A stretch of DNA of 64,000 bases from an uncultured bacterium (GTDB lineage: Bacteria > Krumholzibacteriota > Krumholzibacteriia > Krumholzibacteriales > Krumholzibacteriaceae). Below the pieces are notes generated by a model. The model searched no databases. It was not told the DNA's origin and saw nothing but the letters and a program-made list of their open reading frames with translations. Shown piece after piece: positions 50,286 through 60,739 of this stretch. Location of the stretch: NCBI GenBank assembly GCA_963813815.1, contig CAWFAD010000007.1, positions 384,001 through 448,000 of the forward strand, given 5' to 3'. Numbering within the stretch: position 1 is the stretch's first letter; every line of letters begins with the position of its first letter. The position numbers and the translations under genes are program-made.

Positions 50286-51439
50286 CCGAGCTCGCCGAGC
50301 GCGGAAGGTACGACATCAAGCTGCTGCTCGCGGCCATGGCGCTCGTGGCGATCGGCCTCGTGATGATCGCGTCGGCGGGGCAGATGGTGAAGCTCAGCGG
50401 CGTGACGGGCCCCCATTTCCATTTCTTTTTCCGGCAGCTCGCCATAGCGGTGCTCGGCATGTGCCTCATGATCGTCCTCATGCGCGTGCCGTACCGCCTC
50501 TACCAGCGCTTCGCGCTCGCCATACTCGTGACGGCGTTCCTCCTCCTCGCGGCGGTGTTCTTCATCGGCACCCCCATCCGCGGGTCCGTCCGGACGATCC
50601 GCATCGTGAAGTTCGATTTTCAACCGGTCGAGACCGCGAAGCTCGCGCTCATCGTCTTCCTCGCCGCGAAAATCAGCGAATGGGGGGATCGCGTGAGGGA
50701 GTTCAAGCGGGGCGTCATGCCGCTTCTCGGCACGGGACTCGGGATGGCGCTGCTCGTTTCGCTGCAGCCGAACATCAGCAACGCCGTCCTGCTCGTCCTC
50801 ATCACGTATCTCATGCTGTTCGTGGCGGGGGCGAGGATTCGCCATCTCGCCCTCTCCGGCCTCATCCTCCTCGCCGCCGCGGCGCCGCTCCTCTTCCGGG
50901 TGGGCAAGGTCGTCAACCGCCTTCGCGATTATCTCAGCGGCGAGATCATGAGCTTTCAGCTCCAGCAGTCGCTCATCGCGCTCGGCACGGGCTCGCTCTT
51001 CGGCTGCGGGCCGGGGCGCGGCCACCAGAAGTTCCGTTTTCTTCCCGACGCGCATACGGATTTCATCTACTCGATCGTCGGCGAGGAGCTGGGGCTCGCG
51101 GGAACGGTCATCGTGCTGCTCATGTTCGTCTACATTCTCCGCCGGGCGGTCCGGGCGGCCCGGCGGTCTCCCGATTCCTTTGGGTATCTCCTCGCTATGG
51201 GCGTCGGCATGCTGATCTTCTTCTCGGCCGTCATCAACATGGCGATGGCGACGGGGGTCGTTCCGGTCGCGGGGCTCCCGCTGCCGTTCATCAGCTACGG
51301 GGGCTCCTCGCTCGTGGCGTCGCTGGCCGCGGTGGGGATTCTCATCAACGTGTCCTACGAGGGAAAGGAACGCTCCTTTCCCGTGGAAGTGTTCGGGCTC
51401 CGGCGCCGTCCGCGCGTGTCGTTCGCGCGGCGCCGGTGA
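50261..51439 (+). CDS. ftsW: Peptidoglycan polymerase FtsW
   Basis: FQPVETAK, LPDAHTDFIY, EELG, LPFISYGGSS; start approximate. Confidence 0.92.
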   Translation: MREGTAAVAELAERGRYDIKLLLAAMALVAIGLVMIASAGQMVKLSGVTGPHFHFFFRQLAIAVLGMCLMIVLMRVPYRLYQRFALAILVTAFLLLAAVFFIGTPIRGSVRTIRIVKFDFQPVETAKLALIVFLAAKISEWGDRVREFKRGVMPLLGTGLGMALLVSLQPNISNAVLLVLITYLMLFVAGARIRHLALSGLILLAAAAPLLFRVGKVVNRLRDYLSGEIMSFQLQQSLIALGTGSLFGCGPGRGHQKFRFLPDAHTDFIYSIVGEELGLAGTVIVLLMFVYILRRAVRAARRSPDSFGYLLAMGVGMLIFFSAVINMAMATGVVPVAGLPLPFISYGGSSLVASLAAVGILINVSYEGKERSFPVEVFGLRRRPRVSFARRR

Positions 51440-51461
51440 GCCTCGGCGGAAGGCCGGTCGG

Positions 51462-52580
51462 ATGAGCATGCGGGTGTTGTTCGCAGCGGGCGGTACGGGA
51501 GGGCACATCCTGCCGGCGCTTTCCGTCGCCGACGAGCTCCGGTCCATGATTCCGAACCTCGAACCCCTCTTCGTCGGAACCCGATCGGGGCTCGAAGCGA
51601 AGCTGGTCCCCCAGGCGGGCTATTCGATATCGTTCATTTCAGCGAAGGGCGTGCGGGGGCGGGGAGCGGCGGCGCGGGTCCTCAGCGTCGCTCGCATCGG
51701 CGTCGGTTTCCTGCAGGCGCTCCGTATCACGGCCCGCTTCCGGCCGGACGTCGTCTTCGGCGCCGGCGGCTATGCGAGCGCCGCGGCGGTTCTCGCCGCC
51801 TCGTTTCTCCGGCGGACGATCGTGCTCCAAGAGCAAAATTCGATTCCCGGCCTCACGAACCGGCTGCTGGCCCGGTTCGCGAAGCGGGTCTATCTCGGTT
51901 TCGAAAAGGCCGGCGAGGGATTCGGGTCCCACCGGGGGCTCGTCGTGACGGGGAATCCGCTCCGCGGCGATGTGGTCTCCGCCGCCGACCGCGATACGAG
52001 GGGCGAGTTCGGCCTCGCGGCGGATCGACCCGTGCTCCTCGTTTTCGGCGGCAGCCAGGGGGCCCGGAAGCTCAATAGAGCCGCCGTCGAGTATCTCCTC
52101 GTTCGGGAGAACGTGCAGGCGATCATTCAGACGGGGGCGCAGGATTATCCGTGGGTGGCGGAGCGGACGGCCACGCTCGGGAAGCGCGTGTTCGCGGCGC
52201 CGTACATCGAGGCGATGCACCGGGCTTACGGAGCGGCGGACGTGGTGCTCGCGCGCGCCGGCGCGCTGAGCGTCTCCGAGATCGCGGCGGTGGGGCTGCC
52301 GGCGATTCTCGTGCCGTACCCCTTCGCGACGGACGACCACCAGCGGCACAACGCCGCGTTCCTCGCCGACGCCGGCGGCGCCGTCGTCGTCGCGGACGCG
52401 GAGCTCACGGGCGAACGGCTCGCAGCGGCGCTCGATCCGCTGCTCGCCGATCGCTCCCGTCTCGCCGCCATGCGGCGCGCGCTCGCGACCGTCGCGCGGC
52501 GCGACGCGGCCCGGCGGATCGCCGTCGACATGATAGGGCTCGCGCCGGGAGGCGCAGGAGCGGGAAAGGGCCGGGTATGA
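51462..52580 (+). CDS. murG: Lipid II GlcNAc transferase
   Basis: GGTGGH, GGY, EQN, GNPLR, GGSQGA, HQRHNA. Confidence 0.97.
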   Translation: MSMRVLFAAGGTGGHILPALSVADELRSMIPNLEPLFVGTRSGLEAKLVPQAGYSISFISAKGVRGRGAAARVLSVARIGVGFLQALRITARFRPDVVFGAGGYASAAAVLAASFLRRTIVLQEQNSIPGLTNRLLARFAKRVYLGFEKAGEGFGSHRGLVVTGNPLRGDVVSAADRDTRGEFGLAADRPVLLVFGGSQGARKLNRAAVEYLLVRENVQAIIQTGAQDYPWVAERTATLGKRVFAAPYIEAMHRAYGAADVVLARAGALSVSEIAAVGLPAILVPYPFATDDHQRHNAAFLADAGGAVVVADAELTGERLAAALDPLLADRSRLAAMRRALATVARRDAARRIAVDMIGLAPGGAGAGKGRV

Positions 52581-53983
52581 CGAAACAGCGCATGACGCGG
52601 ATGCTGGGAAAGATGCGGCGCATCCATTTCGTCGGCATCGGGGGCATCGGGATGAGCGGAATCGCCGAGGTGCTCCTCAATCTCGGCTTCACGGTGAGCG
52701 GGTCCGATCTGACGCGCAGTCCGATCACCGAGCGCCTCGCGAAGCTCGGAGCGCGCATCAGAATCGGCCACGACCCGCGCAACGTTCTGCGCAGCGACGT
52801 CGTCGTCATCTCGTCGGCGATCGGCGCGGGAAACGCGGAAGTCGTCGCGGCGCGCGAGAGGGGCGTCCCCGTGATTCCGCGCGCCGCCATGCTCGGCGAG
52901 CTCATGCGCATCCGCACGGGGATAGCGATCGCCGGCGCGCACGGGAAAACGACCACGACCTCGCTCGCCGGCGCCGTGTTTCAGGAGGCGGGGCTCGATC
53001 CGACGATCATCGTCGGCGGGCGCGTGAAGAGCCTCAGGACGAACGCCCGCCTCGGGCGGGGCGATCTCCTCGTCGCGGAGGCGGACGAGAGCGACGGGAG
53101 CTTCGTTCATCTGTCGCCGGTGTTCGCCCTCATCACGAACATCGACGCCGAGCATCTCGATTTCTACGGAACGCTCGATTCGATCTACGACGCCTTCGTC
53201 GAGTTCGCCCGCCGCGTTCCGTTCTACGGCGCGGTCATCTGCTGCGTCGACGATCCGAACGTGCGGGTCGTCATGCCCCGGATCGATCGCCGCCTGCGCA
53301 CCTATGGATTCGGCGCCGACGCCGAGGTGCGCGGCGAGCTCATCGAATCGGGCGCGGGTGGAAGCCGGTTCGCCTACACGATCGGCGGCAAGCGACGCGG
53401 GCCTTTCGCGCTCCGCGTCCCCGGCGTGCACAACGTGTTGAACGCTCTCGGCGTCTGCGCCCTGGCCGAGGAGCTCGACATCGGCCCGCGCGATCTGCGG
53501 GCGGCGTTCGGGCGCTTCGAGGGAGTCGCGCGCCGGTTCGAATACAAGGGGGAGAAGGGGGGCGTGCTCGTCGTGGACGATTACGGGCACCACCCGACGG
53601 AGATCGAGGCGACGATCCGCGCCGCGCGCGAGAACTTCGACCGGAGGATCGTCGTGGTGTTTCAGCCTCACCGCTACACGCGCACCCGCGACCTGCACGA
53701 AAAGTTCGGTCCCGCGTTCCGCGACGCCGACGAGCTCTTCGTTACCGATATCTACGCCGCGGGCGAGCGTCCGATAGCCGGGGTCACGGGCGAGCTCATC
53801 TATCGCGCCGTCGTGCGCGAGGGGAAGCCGCGCGTGAGCTACGTGCCGGCGTGGCGCGATCTCCTGAAGACGGTGAGTCGCAGCGTGCGGCCGGGGGACC
53901 TCGTCATCACCCTCGGCGCGGGGGACATATACAAGCTCGCCGAAAAGCTCGTCGGCGGAGCGGAAACGGCGAGGAAGCGATGA
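52577..53983 (+). CDS. murC: UDP-MurNAc-L-Ala ligase
   Basis: GIGGIGMSG, GAHGKTTT, EADESD, DDYGHHPTE, FQPHRYTR. Confidence 0.97.
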   Translation: MTKQRMTRMLGKMRRIHFVGIGGIGMSGIAEVLLNLGFTVSGSDLTRSPITERLAKLGARIRIGHDPRNVLRSDVVVISSAIGAGNAEVVAARERGVPVIPRAAMLGELMRIRTGIAIAGAHGKTTTTSLAGAVFQEAGLDPTIIVGGRVKSLRTNARLGRGDLLVAEADESDGSFVHLSPVFALITNIDAEHLDFYGTLDSIYDAFVEFARRVPFYGAVICCVDDPNVRVVMPRIDRRLRTYGFGADAEVRGELIESGAGGSRFAYTIGGKRRGPFALRVPGVHNVLNALGVCALAEELDIGPRDLRAAFGRFEGVARRFEYKGEKGGVLVVDDYGHHPTEIEATIRAARENFDRRIVVVFQPHRYTRTRDLHEKFGPAFRDADELFVTDIYAAGERPIAGVTGELIYRAVVREGKPRVSYVPAWRDLLKTVSRSVRPGDLVITLGAGDIYKLAEKLVGGAETARKR

Positions 53984-54729
53984 AATTCTGGGAATCGCAG
54001 GGTATGGTGTCGCGCGGAGCCGAACGGCGGCCCCTCCCGTCCCGGCGCGTTCTCGTCGCCGGGGCGGCGGCGCTCGCGGCGGTCGCGATCGTCGTTCTCG
54101 GCACGGGGCTCTTCACCGTCACCACGGTGCGATTCCACGGCTGCGCCAGCGTTCCGAAGGATTCGCTCGAGACGGTGCGGATCGGGCTCATCGGCAAGAA
54201 TCTCGTGACGCTGCGAACCGGATGGGCTCGCGAGCGCCTCGCCTCCTTCCGCGAGGTCGAGAGCGTCCGGTTCGCCCGGCGTCCGTTTCATACTCTCGAG
54301 TGCCGGCTCGTGAAGCGCGAGCCGGTGGCGCTGCTCGCCGCGGGCTCGATTCTGGAAGTTGACCGGGAGGGCACGCTGCTGCCGAGGCGGGCCGGTCGGG
54401 GCGACATCGATCTCCCCGTCATCACCGGCATCGGCGAGCGTTCGATCGCGAAAGAGTCGGGACGGAAGAGCCTCGCGCGGGCGCTCGAGGTGCTGAGGCT
54501 CATCCGAGCGGAGGGATTTACGCCGGCGAGACAGATATCCGAGATCCACGTCGACGGAGACGACATCGATCTCATTTGGACGGGGTCGGGAACGCTCGTC
54601 AAGCTCGGGCGCGACGAGCACGCGAGCCGGCTCAGGAAGCTCAAGGCGGTGGGCACGGTGTTGCTCGACAGCGAGCGGTATCCGGCGATCGTCGATCTCC
54701 GGTTCGATCGACAGGTTGTCATTCGGTGA
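53980..54729 (+). CDS. ftsQ: Cell division protein FtsQ/DivIB
   Basis: TM, POTRA, KREPVA, LPVITG, C-terminal VDLRF. Confidence 0.88.
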   Translation: MKFWESQGMVSRGAERRPLPSRRVLVAGAAALAAVAIVVLGTGLFTVTTVRFHGCASVPKDSLETVRIGLIGKNLVTLRTGWARERLASFREVESVRFARRPFHTLECRLVKREPVALLAAGSILEVDREGTLLPRRAGRGDIDLPVITGIGERSIAKESGRKSLARALEVLRLIRAEGFTPARQISEIHVDGDDIDLIWTGSGTLVKLGRDEHASRLRKLKAVGTVLLDSERYPAIVDLRFDRQVVIR

Positions 54730-54759
54730 ATGTCGACAAAGCGAGGTGATGGGCCACCT

Positions 54760-55986
54760 ATGTCCTCCGAATTCGTCGTCGGTCTCGATCTGGGAACCAC
54801 CGCGGTGTCGGTGCTCGTCGGAGAGTTCACCGCGGACGGGGAAACCCGCATCGTCGGGGCGGGCCGCGCCGCCGCCGGCGGCGTCAAGAAGGGCGTCGTC
54901 GTCAACATGGACGAGGCGGCGGAAAGCGTGCGCGCGGCGGTATCGCAGGCCGAGCGCATGGCCGGCGTGGAGATCCGGGGGGTCTGCGCCTCGGTATCCG
55001 GACCGCACATCCGCAGCTTCTCGAGTCGAGGCGTGATCGCCCTGCCGGCGGGCCGCCGCGAGGTGACGACCCGCGACATCGAAAAGGTCACGGAGGCCGC
55101 GCGCAGCATCACCCTCCCCTTCAACCAGGAGATCGTTCACTCGCTGCCGCAGGATTTCACCGTCGACAGCCACGCGGGCATTCGCGACCCGATCGGCATG
55201 TCGGCGATGCGGCTCGAGGCGGAGGTGCATATCGTCACGGCGCTCGGGATGCCTCTCGAGAACATGGTCAAGGTGTGCAAGAAAACGGGGCTCGAGATCG
55301 TCGATATGGTTTTCGATCCCATCGCCTCCGCGCGGGCCGTTCTGGCGCGCGAGGAAAAGGACCTCGGCTGTCTCGTCATCGACATCGGGGGGGGCGTGAC
55401 GAGCTACGCGCTCTACTACGGAGGGACGGTTCGCGCGAGCGGCGTCATCGCGGCCGGCGGAGTGAACGTGACGAACGATCTGGCCGTGGGGCTCAGAACG
55501 TCGGCGGCCGTCGCCGAGCAGCTCAAGCTCTCGCACGGCGTCGCGCTCGCCTCGCTCGCCGGCGAGGACTGCCGGATCATGGTTCCGGGGCTCGGGGAGC
55601 GCGAGTCGCGCGAGATCCGCGCGCAGATACTCGCGGCGATCATCGAGCCGCGCGTCGAGGAGATCTTTACGATGGTGAAAAAGCAGGTCAGCGGCGATCC
55701 GTACTACCGGCTGCTCGGCGCGGGGATCGTGCTCACCGGCGGCGGCTCGCGGCTGCGGGGCATGGTCGAAGTGGCGGAAGAGGTATTCGATTTGCCCGTT
55801 CGTCTCGGAATGGCCGGGAATCTCATGGGGCTTTCGGAGCTCGTGGATACGGCCGAGTGGACGACCGGCATCGGGCTCCTCCTCTGGGGGGGAGACCGCG
55901 TCGCCGCGCAGGGGATCGGCGGTCCGGCGGATCGCGTCAAATGGGTTTTTCATCGAATTAAGGAAATGGCAAGCTTGTTCTCGTGA
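54760..55986 (+). CDS. ftsA: Cell division protein FtsA
   Basis: GLDLGTT, IDIGGG, AEQLK, VLTGGGS; alternative start 54730. Confidence 0.96.
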   Translation: MSSEFVVGLDLGTTAVSVLVGEFTADGETRIVGAGRAAAGGVKKGVVVNMDEAAESVRAAVSQAERMAGVEIRGVCASVSGPHIRSFSSRGVIALPAGRREVTTRDIEKVTEAARSITLPFNQEIVHSLPQDFTVDSHAGIRDPIGMSAMRLEAEVHIVTALGMPLENMVKVCKKTGLEIVDMVFDPIASARAVLAREEKDLGCLVIDIGGGVTSYALYYGGTVRASGVIAAGGVNVTNDLAVGLRTSAAVAEQLKLSHGVALASLAGEDCRIMVPGLGERESREIRAQILAAIIEPRVEEIFTMVKKQVSGDPYYRLLGAGIVLTGGGSRLRGMVEVAEEVFDLPVRLGMAGNLMGLSELVDTAEWTTGIGLLLWGGDRVAAQGIGGPADRVKWVFHRIKEMASLFS

Positions 55987-56002
55987 ACGGAAGGGGGACG
56001 CC

Positions 56003-57226
56003 ATGCGGTTCGAGTTCGACGATTTCGACGAGTTGGCCAAGCTCAAGGTGGTGGGTGTCGGTGGAGCGGGTGGAAACGCCGTGAACCGGATGATCGAAGC
56101 GGGGCTTCAGGGAGTCGAGTTTCTCGCCGTCAACACGGACGTGCAGGTGCTCGAGCTCTCGAGGGCGCACAAGCGCATCCAGGTCGGCAACCATCTCACG
56201 AAGGGGCTCGGCTCGGGCGGGGATCCCGACGTCGGCCGCCGCGCGATGGAGGAGGACGCCGATCTCGTCGCCGAGGCCATCGCGGGGGCCGATATGGTGT
56301 TCGTGACGGCCGGCATGGGGGGCGGGACGGGCACCGGTGCGGGCCCGCTCGTGGCGCGCATCGCGCGCGAGCAGGGAGCGCTCACGGTGGGAATCGTGAC
56401 GCGCCCGTTCACCTTCGAGGGAAAGCGGAGGCATCGTCAGGCGCTCGAGGGGATCGCCGCCCTGAAGCAGGAGGTCGACACCCTCATCGTTATTCAGAAC
56501 GACAAGCTTCTGTCGCTCGTCGGCTCCGATACGCCGCTCATGACGGCGTTCTCGAAGGCGGACGAAGTGCTTCTCAACGCCACGAAGGGGATTTCGGACC
56601 TTATTCTGACTCCGGGGCTCATAAATCTTGACTTTGCGGACGTCCGTTCTATCATGAGCGGCATGGGGGACGCCCTCATGGGCACGGGCACGGCCAGCGG
56701 CGAGGACCGGGCGGTCCAGGCGGCCCGCACGGCGATTACGAGCCCGCTGCTCGACGACGTGTCGATCAAGGGCGCGAAGGGAGTGCTCGTCAATATCAGC
56801 GGCGACGAGAACATGACGCTCCACGAGATCTCTCAGGCAACCTCGATCATCAGCCAGGAGGCGGGCGAGGACGCCAACGTGATTTTCGGCGCCGTTGTGA
56901 GCCGCGGCGAGGCGGACTATCTCCAGGTCACCGTCATCGCGACCGGGTTCACCCCGCGCGAGCGCGAGGTCATTCCGCTGTCGACGGTCGCTTCGCTCGC
57001 GCCGTCGGCGGAAGCGCGCTTCGCTCCGGCCGCCGTTCCCGTCGAGATCCCGGTGGCCGAGACGAGAACCCCGGAAATCGTTTCGATCGAGGCGCTCGAC
57101 GAGGCCCGCATCGAACGCGAGGAGAGAGAAAGCCTCGCGCGCGTCGGCCTCCACGCGGTGAACTTCGGGAACTGCGGCGATCTGAACCTCGACATTCCGA
57201 CGTTTCTGCGCAAGCAGCTTGACTGA
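56003..57226 (+). CDS. ftsZ: Cell division protein FtsZ
   Basis: GVGGAGGNA, GGGTGTG, NLDFADV, C-terminal LDIPTFLRK. Confidence 0.99.
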   Translation: MRFEFDDFDELAKLKVVGVGGAGGNAVNRMIEAGLQGVEFLAVNTDVQVLELSRAHKRIQVGNHLTKGLGSGGDPDVGRRAMEEDADLVAEAIAGADMVFVTAGMGGGTGTGAGPLVARIAREQGALTVGIVTRPFTFEGKRRHRQALEGIAALKQEVDTLIVIQNDKLLSLVGSDTPLMTAFSKADEVLLNATKGISDLILTPGLINLDFADVRSIMSGMGDALMGTGTASGEDRAVQAARTAITSPLLDDVSIKGAKGVLVNISGDENMTLHEISQATSIISQEAGEDANVIFGAVVSRGEADYLQVTVIATGFTPREREVIPLSTVASLAPSAEARFAPAAVPVEIPVAETRTPEIVSIEALDEARIEREERESLARVGLHAVNFGNCGDLNLDIPTFLRKQLD

Positions 57227-57241
57227 CGCGAGGGAGGTTTC

Positions 57242-58882
57242 GTGTCGCTCTGGGGTAGGATTTTCGGCATGAACAAGAACCCCGAGTACGAGCGGGGGAT
57301 CCGGTATTTCAACGAGGGACACTACGAGCTCGCCGTCGCCGAGCTCGAAAAGGCGATTCCCAAGGCGGGAAAAGGCGATCCGATCTACGCCCTCGGGATG
57401 TTCTACGCCGCCGAATCCCACGCGCATATCGGCACGGCCAAGTATCTCGCCGGAGAGCCGGAGGAAGCGCTCGCGCATTTCCGGAAAGTGATCGGCGAAA
57501 ATCCGACGTATCCGGACATCTACTACCGCATGGGCGTCATCCAGCACAAGCTCGGGGACGTCGAGGGGGCCCTCGCGAGCATGCGGCGCGCGATCGATCT
57601 CAACCCGGCCTACTTCGAGGCGACCTGCTACCTCGGTATTATCCTCTACGAGCGAGGAGCCTCGGCCGAGGCGGACGAGGTCTTCAAGCGAGCGCTGCGG
57701 ATCGGTTCCGAGTGCCCGAATCCCGTCAGCAAGTTTCTGAGCGACCATCTGGCGGGCCGCGAGACGGATATCCCGCCGCTCGCCTCGCTCAGGGATATGA
57801 TCCGGACCGACGCGCAGTTCGATTCGGCCGCGAGGGAAGGGATCGAGGCGTACAACACGGGCAACTACGACGAGGCGATCGCGGCGTTTTCCATCGCCCG
57901 CGGCGTTCATCCCGAGTACGCCGATATCCGGTTCAAGCTCGGCCTCTCGCACCTGAAGCGGGGCGAGCACGAGGCGGCGCGGAGCGAGCTCGAGGCGGCG
58001 CTTTCGATCAATCCGCGTTACGCCGAGGCGCTGTTCTATCTCGGCGTGGTTTGCCTCGATCAGAAGCTCTACCGCGAGGCGCTCGAGCGCTTCGAACGGG
58101 CGGCGGCCGTCAAGCCTGATTACGCCGATCTCCAGTGTTTCCTCGGCGCGACGTGCCTCTTCCTCGGCGACCTCGATCGCGCCCGGACGGCTCTCGAAAA
58201 ATCGCTCGCTCTCTCGCCGAGCTACTGCAAGGCGCGCTACTACTATGGGCTGCTCCTCTTCGCCGTCGGCGAGGGCCGGCGCGCCGTCGAGTACCTCCAC
58301 GAGGCGGTGAAGGGCGAGGAGCACGCGACCTCCGTCGACGTCAGCTACGCGCTCGTCCATCTGCGCGAGGGGAATCTCGAGGAGGCGATGCAGGTGCTTC
58401 GCGACGTCCTCGAGGCGGGGGGCGAGAGCGCGGACGTGCTCTATTTCCTCGGGGAGTGCTATCTCCGGCTCGGCAGGGTGGAAGAGGCGGAACGGTTCCT
58501 GAGACGCGCGCTCGACGTCAATCCGCGCTTTCTGCGGGCGAAGGAAAAGCTCGCCATCATCCTGATCCGTCGCGGCCTCTACGAGGAGGCCGAGCGGCTT
58601 CTCGACCCTCCCGCGGCCGATTTCGCGGATTTGCTCAAAATTCTCGGAGACATCAAGTTCCACCGCGGCGATCTCGAAGGCGCCGAGCGGTACTATCGCA
58701 AATCGCTCAGCCTCAACACGGAGTACGGCGAGGCCTCGCTCTCGCTCGCCCTCACGCTTCGCAACGAGGGGCGGGACGGAGAGGCCGACGAGATGCTCCG
58801 GAGGCTCATCGAGCGAGAGCCGGCCAACGTCCTCGCCCGCAATCTCCTCGGCTGCGACCCGCTCGACATCGCGGGCGGCTAG
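57242..58882 (+). CDS. Tetratricopeptide repeat protein
   Basis: Many TPR units (NPxYxxA...LG); no signal peptide. Confidence 0.88.
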   Translation: MSLWGRIFGMNKNPEYERGIRYFNEGHYELAVAELEKAIPKAGKGDPIYALGMFYAAESHAHIGTAKYLAGEPEEALAHFRKVIGENPTYPDIYYRMGVIQHKLGDVEGALASMRRAIDLNPAYFEATCYLGIILYERGASAEADEVFKRALRIGSECPNPVSKFLSDHLAGRETDIPPLASLRDMIRTDAQFDSAAREGIEAYNTGNYDEAIAAFSIARGVHPEYADIRFKLGLSHLKRGEHEAARSELEAALSINPRYAEALFYLGVVCLDQKLYREALERFERAAAVKPDYADLQCFLGATCLFLGDLDRARTALEKSLALSPSYCKARYYYGLLLFAVGEGRRAVEYLHEAVKGEEHATSVDVSYALVHLREGNLEEAMQVLRDVLEAGGESADVLYFLGECYLRLGRVEEAERFLRRALDVNPRFLRAKEKLAIILIRRGLYEEAERLLDPPAADFADLLKILGDIKFHRGDLEGAERYYRKSLSLNTEYGEASLSLALTLRNEGRDGEADEMLRRLIEREPANVLARNLLGCDPLDIAGG

Positions 58883-58896
58883 GCCGGCTGGTATCC

Positions 58897-60474
58897 GTGC
58901 GCGGCGGTCGCGTCATATCCCCCTTTCGTTCGATTCTCGCGCGCGAGACGGCGCTCGAGCGGTTTCCGTCCCGCGGCTCGCGGGGGCTCCCCGTCGCGGC
59001 CGGCTATCCCGCCCCCTACCGGATCGGGATGTCGAATCTCGGATTTCATTTTCTGTACGCCGGTCTCAGGCGCTCCCCCGGCGTTTCGGTCGAGCGATTC
59101 TTTTCGGATACCTCGCCCCTGACCCTCGAAACGGGCTCGCCCCTCTCGTCCGCGTCGGTCATCTTCTTCAGTATCTCGTATGAGGAAGACTACCTCAACG
59201 CGGTCCGCATCCTTCACGAGGCCGGGGTTCCCGCCCGGCGGATCGAGCGCACGCGGGGGCCGCTCGTCATCGCCGGCGGACCCGCGGTGAGCGCCAATCC
59301 GGCGCCCTTTTCCGCGATCGCCGACGCGATCGCGCTCGGGGAAGGAGAGGGCACGCTCGATGAGATTATCCGCCTGCTGGGGGATACGGGCGAGCTCGCG
59401 AGGGACGAGACGCTCGTCTCCCTCGCCGGGCTCCCGGGCGTTCTCGTGCCCGGAGCGCCGGGCCGGAGCGCGGGCTACCGGGAGCCGATCGCCTGCGGCC
59501 CGTTTTCGCATTCGACGGTTATCACGCCGGATACCGTATTTCCGGACATGCTGCTCGTCGAATCAGGACGGGGTTGCCCCGGCGCGTGCGCGTTCTGCCT
59601 CGCGACCTCGCTCTACCGCCCCTTTCGATATCTGAGGAGAGATGCGCTCGAGGAAACGCTCTCGCGTCTCGCCGCGCCGGTGCGGAGGGTCGGGCTCGTG
59701 AGCCCTGCCGTCGCCGCGAACCCGGAGTTCGGCGCGATCGTTGGGATGCTCCGGTCGCGCGGCATCGCGGTGTCGACGAGCTCGCTGCGGGCCGAGGATC
59801 TCGACGAGGAAACGGCGCGGATCGTGGGAGAGGCGGGAACGGCGAGCGTGAGCCTCGCCCCCGAGTCCGGAAGCGAGCGTGTGCGGTACCTGCTCGGCAA
59901 ACGGACGCCGAACGAGCTCTACTTCAACGTCGCCGCGCGTCTGCGCGAGTCCGGCGTGAACCGTTTCACGCTCTACCTCCTCGTCGGCTGCCCCGGGGAG
60001 GACGATGACGTGATACCGGCGACGAAAACCTTCATGGAGGGGTTCAAAAAGGCGATCGGCGGCATGAGCTTTTCCGTGCACGTGAACGCGCTCGTGCCGA
60101 AACCCTGGACGCCGCTGCAGTTCCATGCGATGCCGGACGAGGGAAGGCTCGAGGAGATTCAGGGCCGCATGGCGAGCATGCTCCGGGGGCTCGGACTGCG
60201 GCCACGCATGAAATCCGCGCGCTCGGCCGTCCGCCAGGCGCTTCTCTCGATCGGGGACGAGAAGATCGGAGAGGCGATCGTGCTTCACGTCGAACGGGGG
60301 CTCTCCTGGCGAAAGGCGCTCGGGGAGGCCGGGGTCGATAGCGGGATGCCGCACGCGCGCAAGGGACCCGATGCGTCATTCCCGTGGAACGACATCTCGG
60401 GCCCCGTTCGTCGCGACGTACTGCGAAAGCGATTCGAGTCGATTGCCGGTGGCGGTCCCGACGGGGAACGGTAG
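58897..60474 (+). CDS. Radical SAM protein (B12-binding-like N-terminus)
   Basis: YPAPYRIGMSNLG, GRGCPGACAFC, SSLRAE, LAPESGSER, PKPWTP; start approximate. Confidence 0.88.
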   Translation: MRGGRVISPFRSILARETALERFPSRGSRGLPVAAGYPAPYRIGMSNLGFHFLYAGLRRSPGVSVERFFSDTSPLTLETGSPLSSASVIFFSISYEEDYLNAVRILHEAGVPARRIERTRGPLVIAGGPAVSANPAPFSAIADAIALGEGEGTLDEIIRLLGDTGELARDETLVSLAGLPGVLVPGAPGRSAGYREPIACGPFSHSTVITPDTVFPDMLLVESGRGCPGACAFCLATSLYRPFRYLRRDALEETLSRLAAPVRRVGLVSPAVAANPEFGAIVGMLRSRGIAVSTSSLRAEDLDEETARIVGEAGTASVSLAPESGSERVRYLLGKRTPNELYFNVAARLRESGVNRFTLYLLVGCPGEDDDVIPATKTFMEGFKKAIGGMSFSVHVNALVPKPWTPLQFHAMPDEGRLEEIQGRMASMLRGLGLRPRMKSARSAVRQALLSIGDEKIGEAIVLHVERGLSWRKALGEAGVDSGMPHARKGPDASFPWNDISGPVRRDVLRKRFESIAGGGPDGER

Positions 60475-60483
60475 AGGCGGGCT

Positions 60484-60672
60484 TCAGGCCTTCTTGACCG
60501 CGCCGCTCTTGATGCAGCGGGTGCAGACGGTGGCCTTTCCGGTCTTCCCGTTGACCGTGATGCGAATCTTCTGCAGGTTCGGAAGCTGACGGCGTTTCGA
60601 AACGTTATGGGCGTGGCTGATCTGATTGCCCATCATGGGCCTTTTTCCGCATATTGCGCATTCCTTGGACAT
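60484..60672 (-). CDS. rpmB: 50S ribosomal protein L28 (zinc-binding type)
   Basis: CAICGK, SHAHN, PNLQ, CTRC; GGAGG RBS. Confidence 0.97.
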   Translation of the reverse strand: MSKECAICGKRPMMGNQISHAHNVSKRRQLPNLQKIRITVNGKTGKATVCTRCIKSGAVKKA

Positions 60673-60703
60673 GGTATCCTCCCGGTTGCCGAAAAGTGCA
60701 AAT

Positions 60704-60732
60704 AATCTACGCTAACGGAGAGCGCTTGGCAA
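60704..60732 (-). promoter_or_regulatory. Putative rpmB promoter
   Basis: Minus strand TTGCCA, N17, TAGATT. Confidence 0.6.
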
Positions 60733-60739
60733 GGGGATA

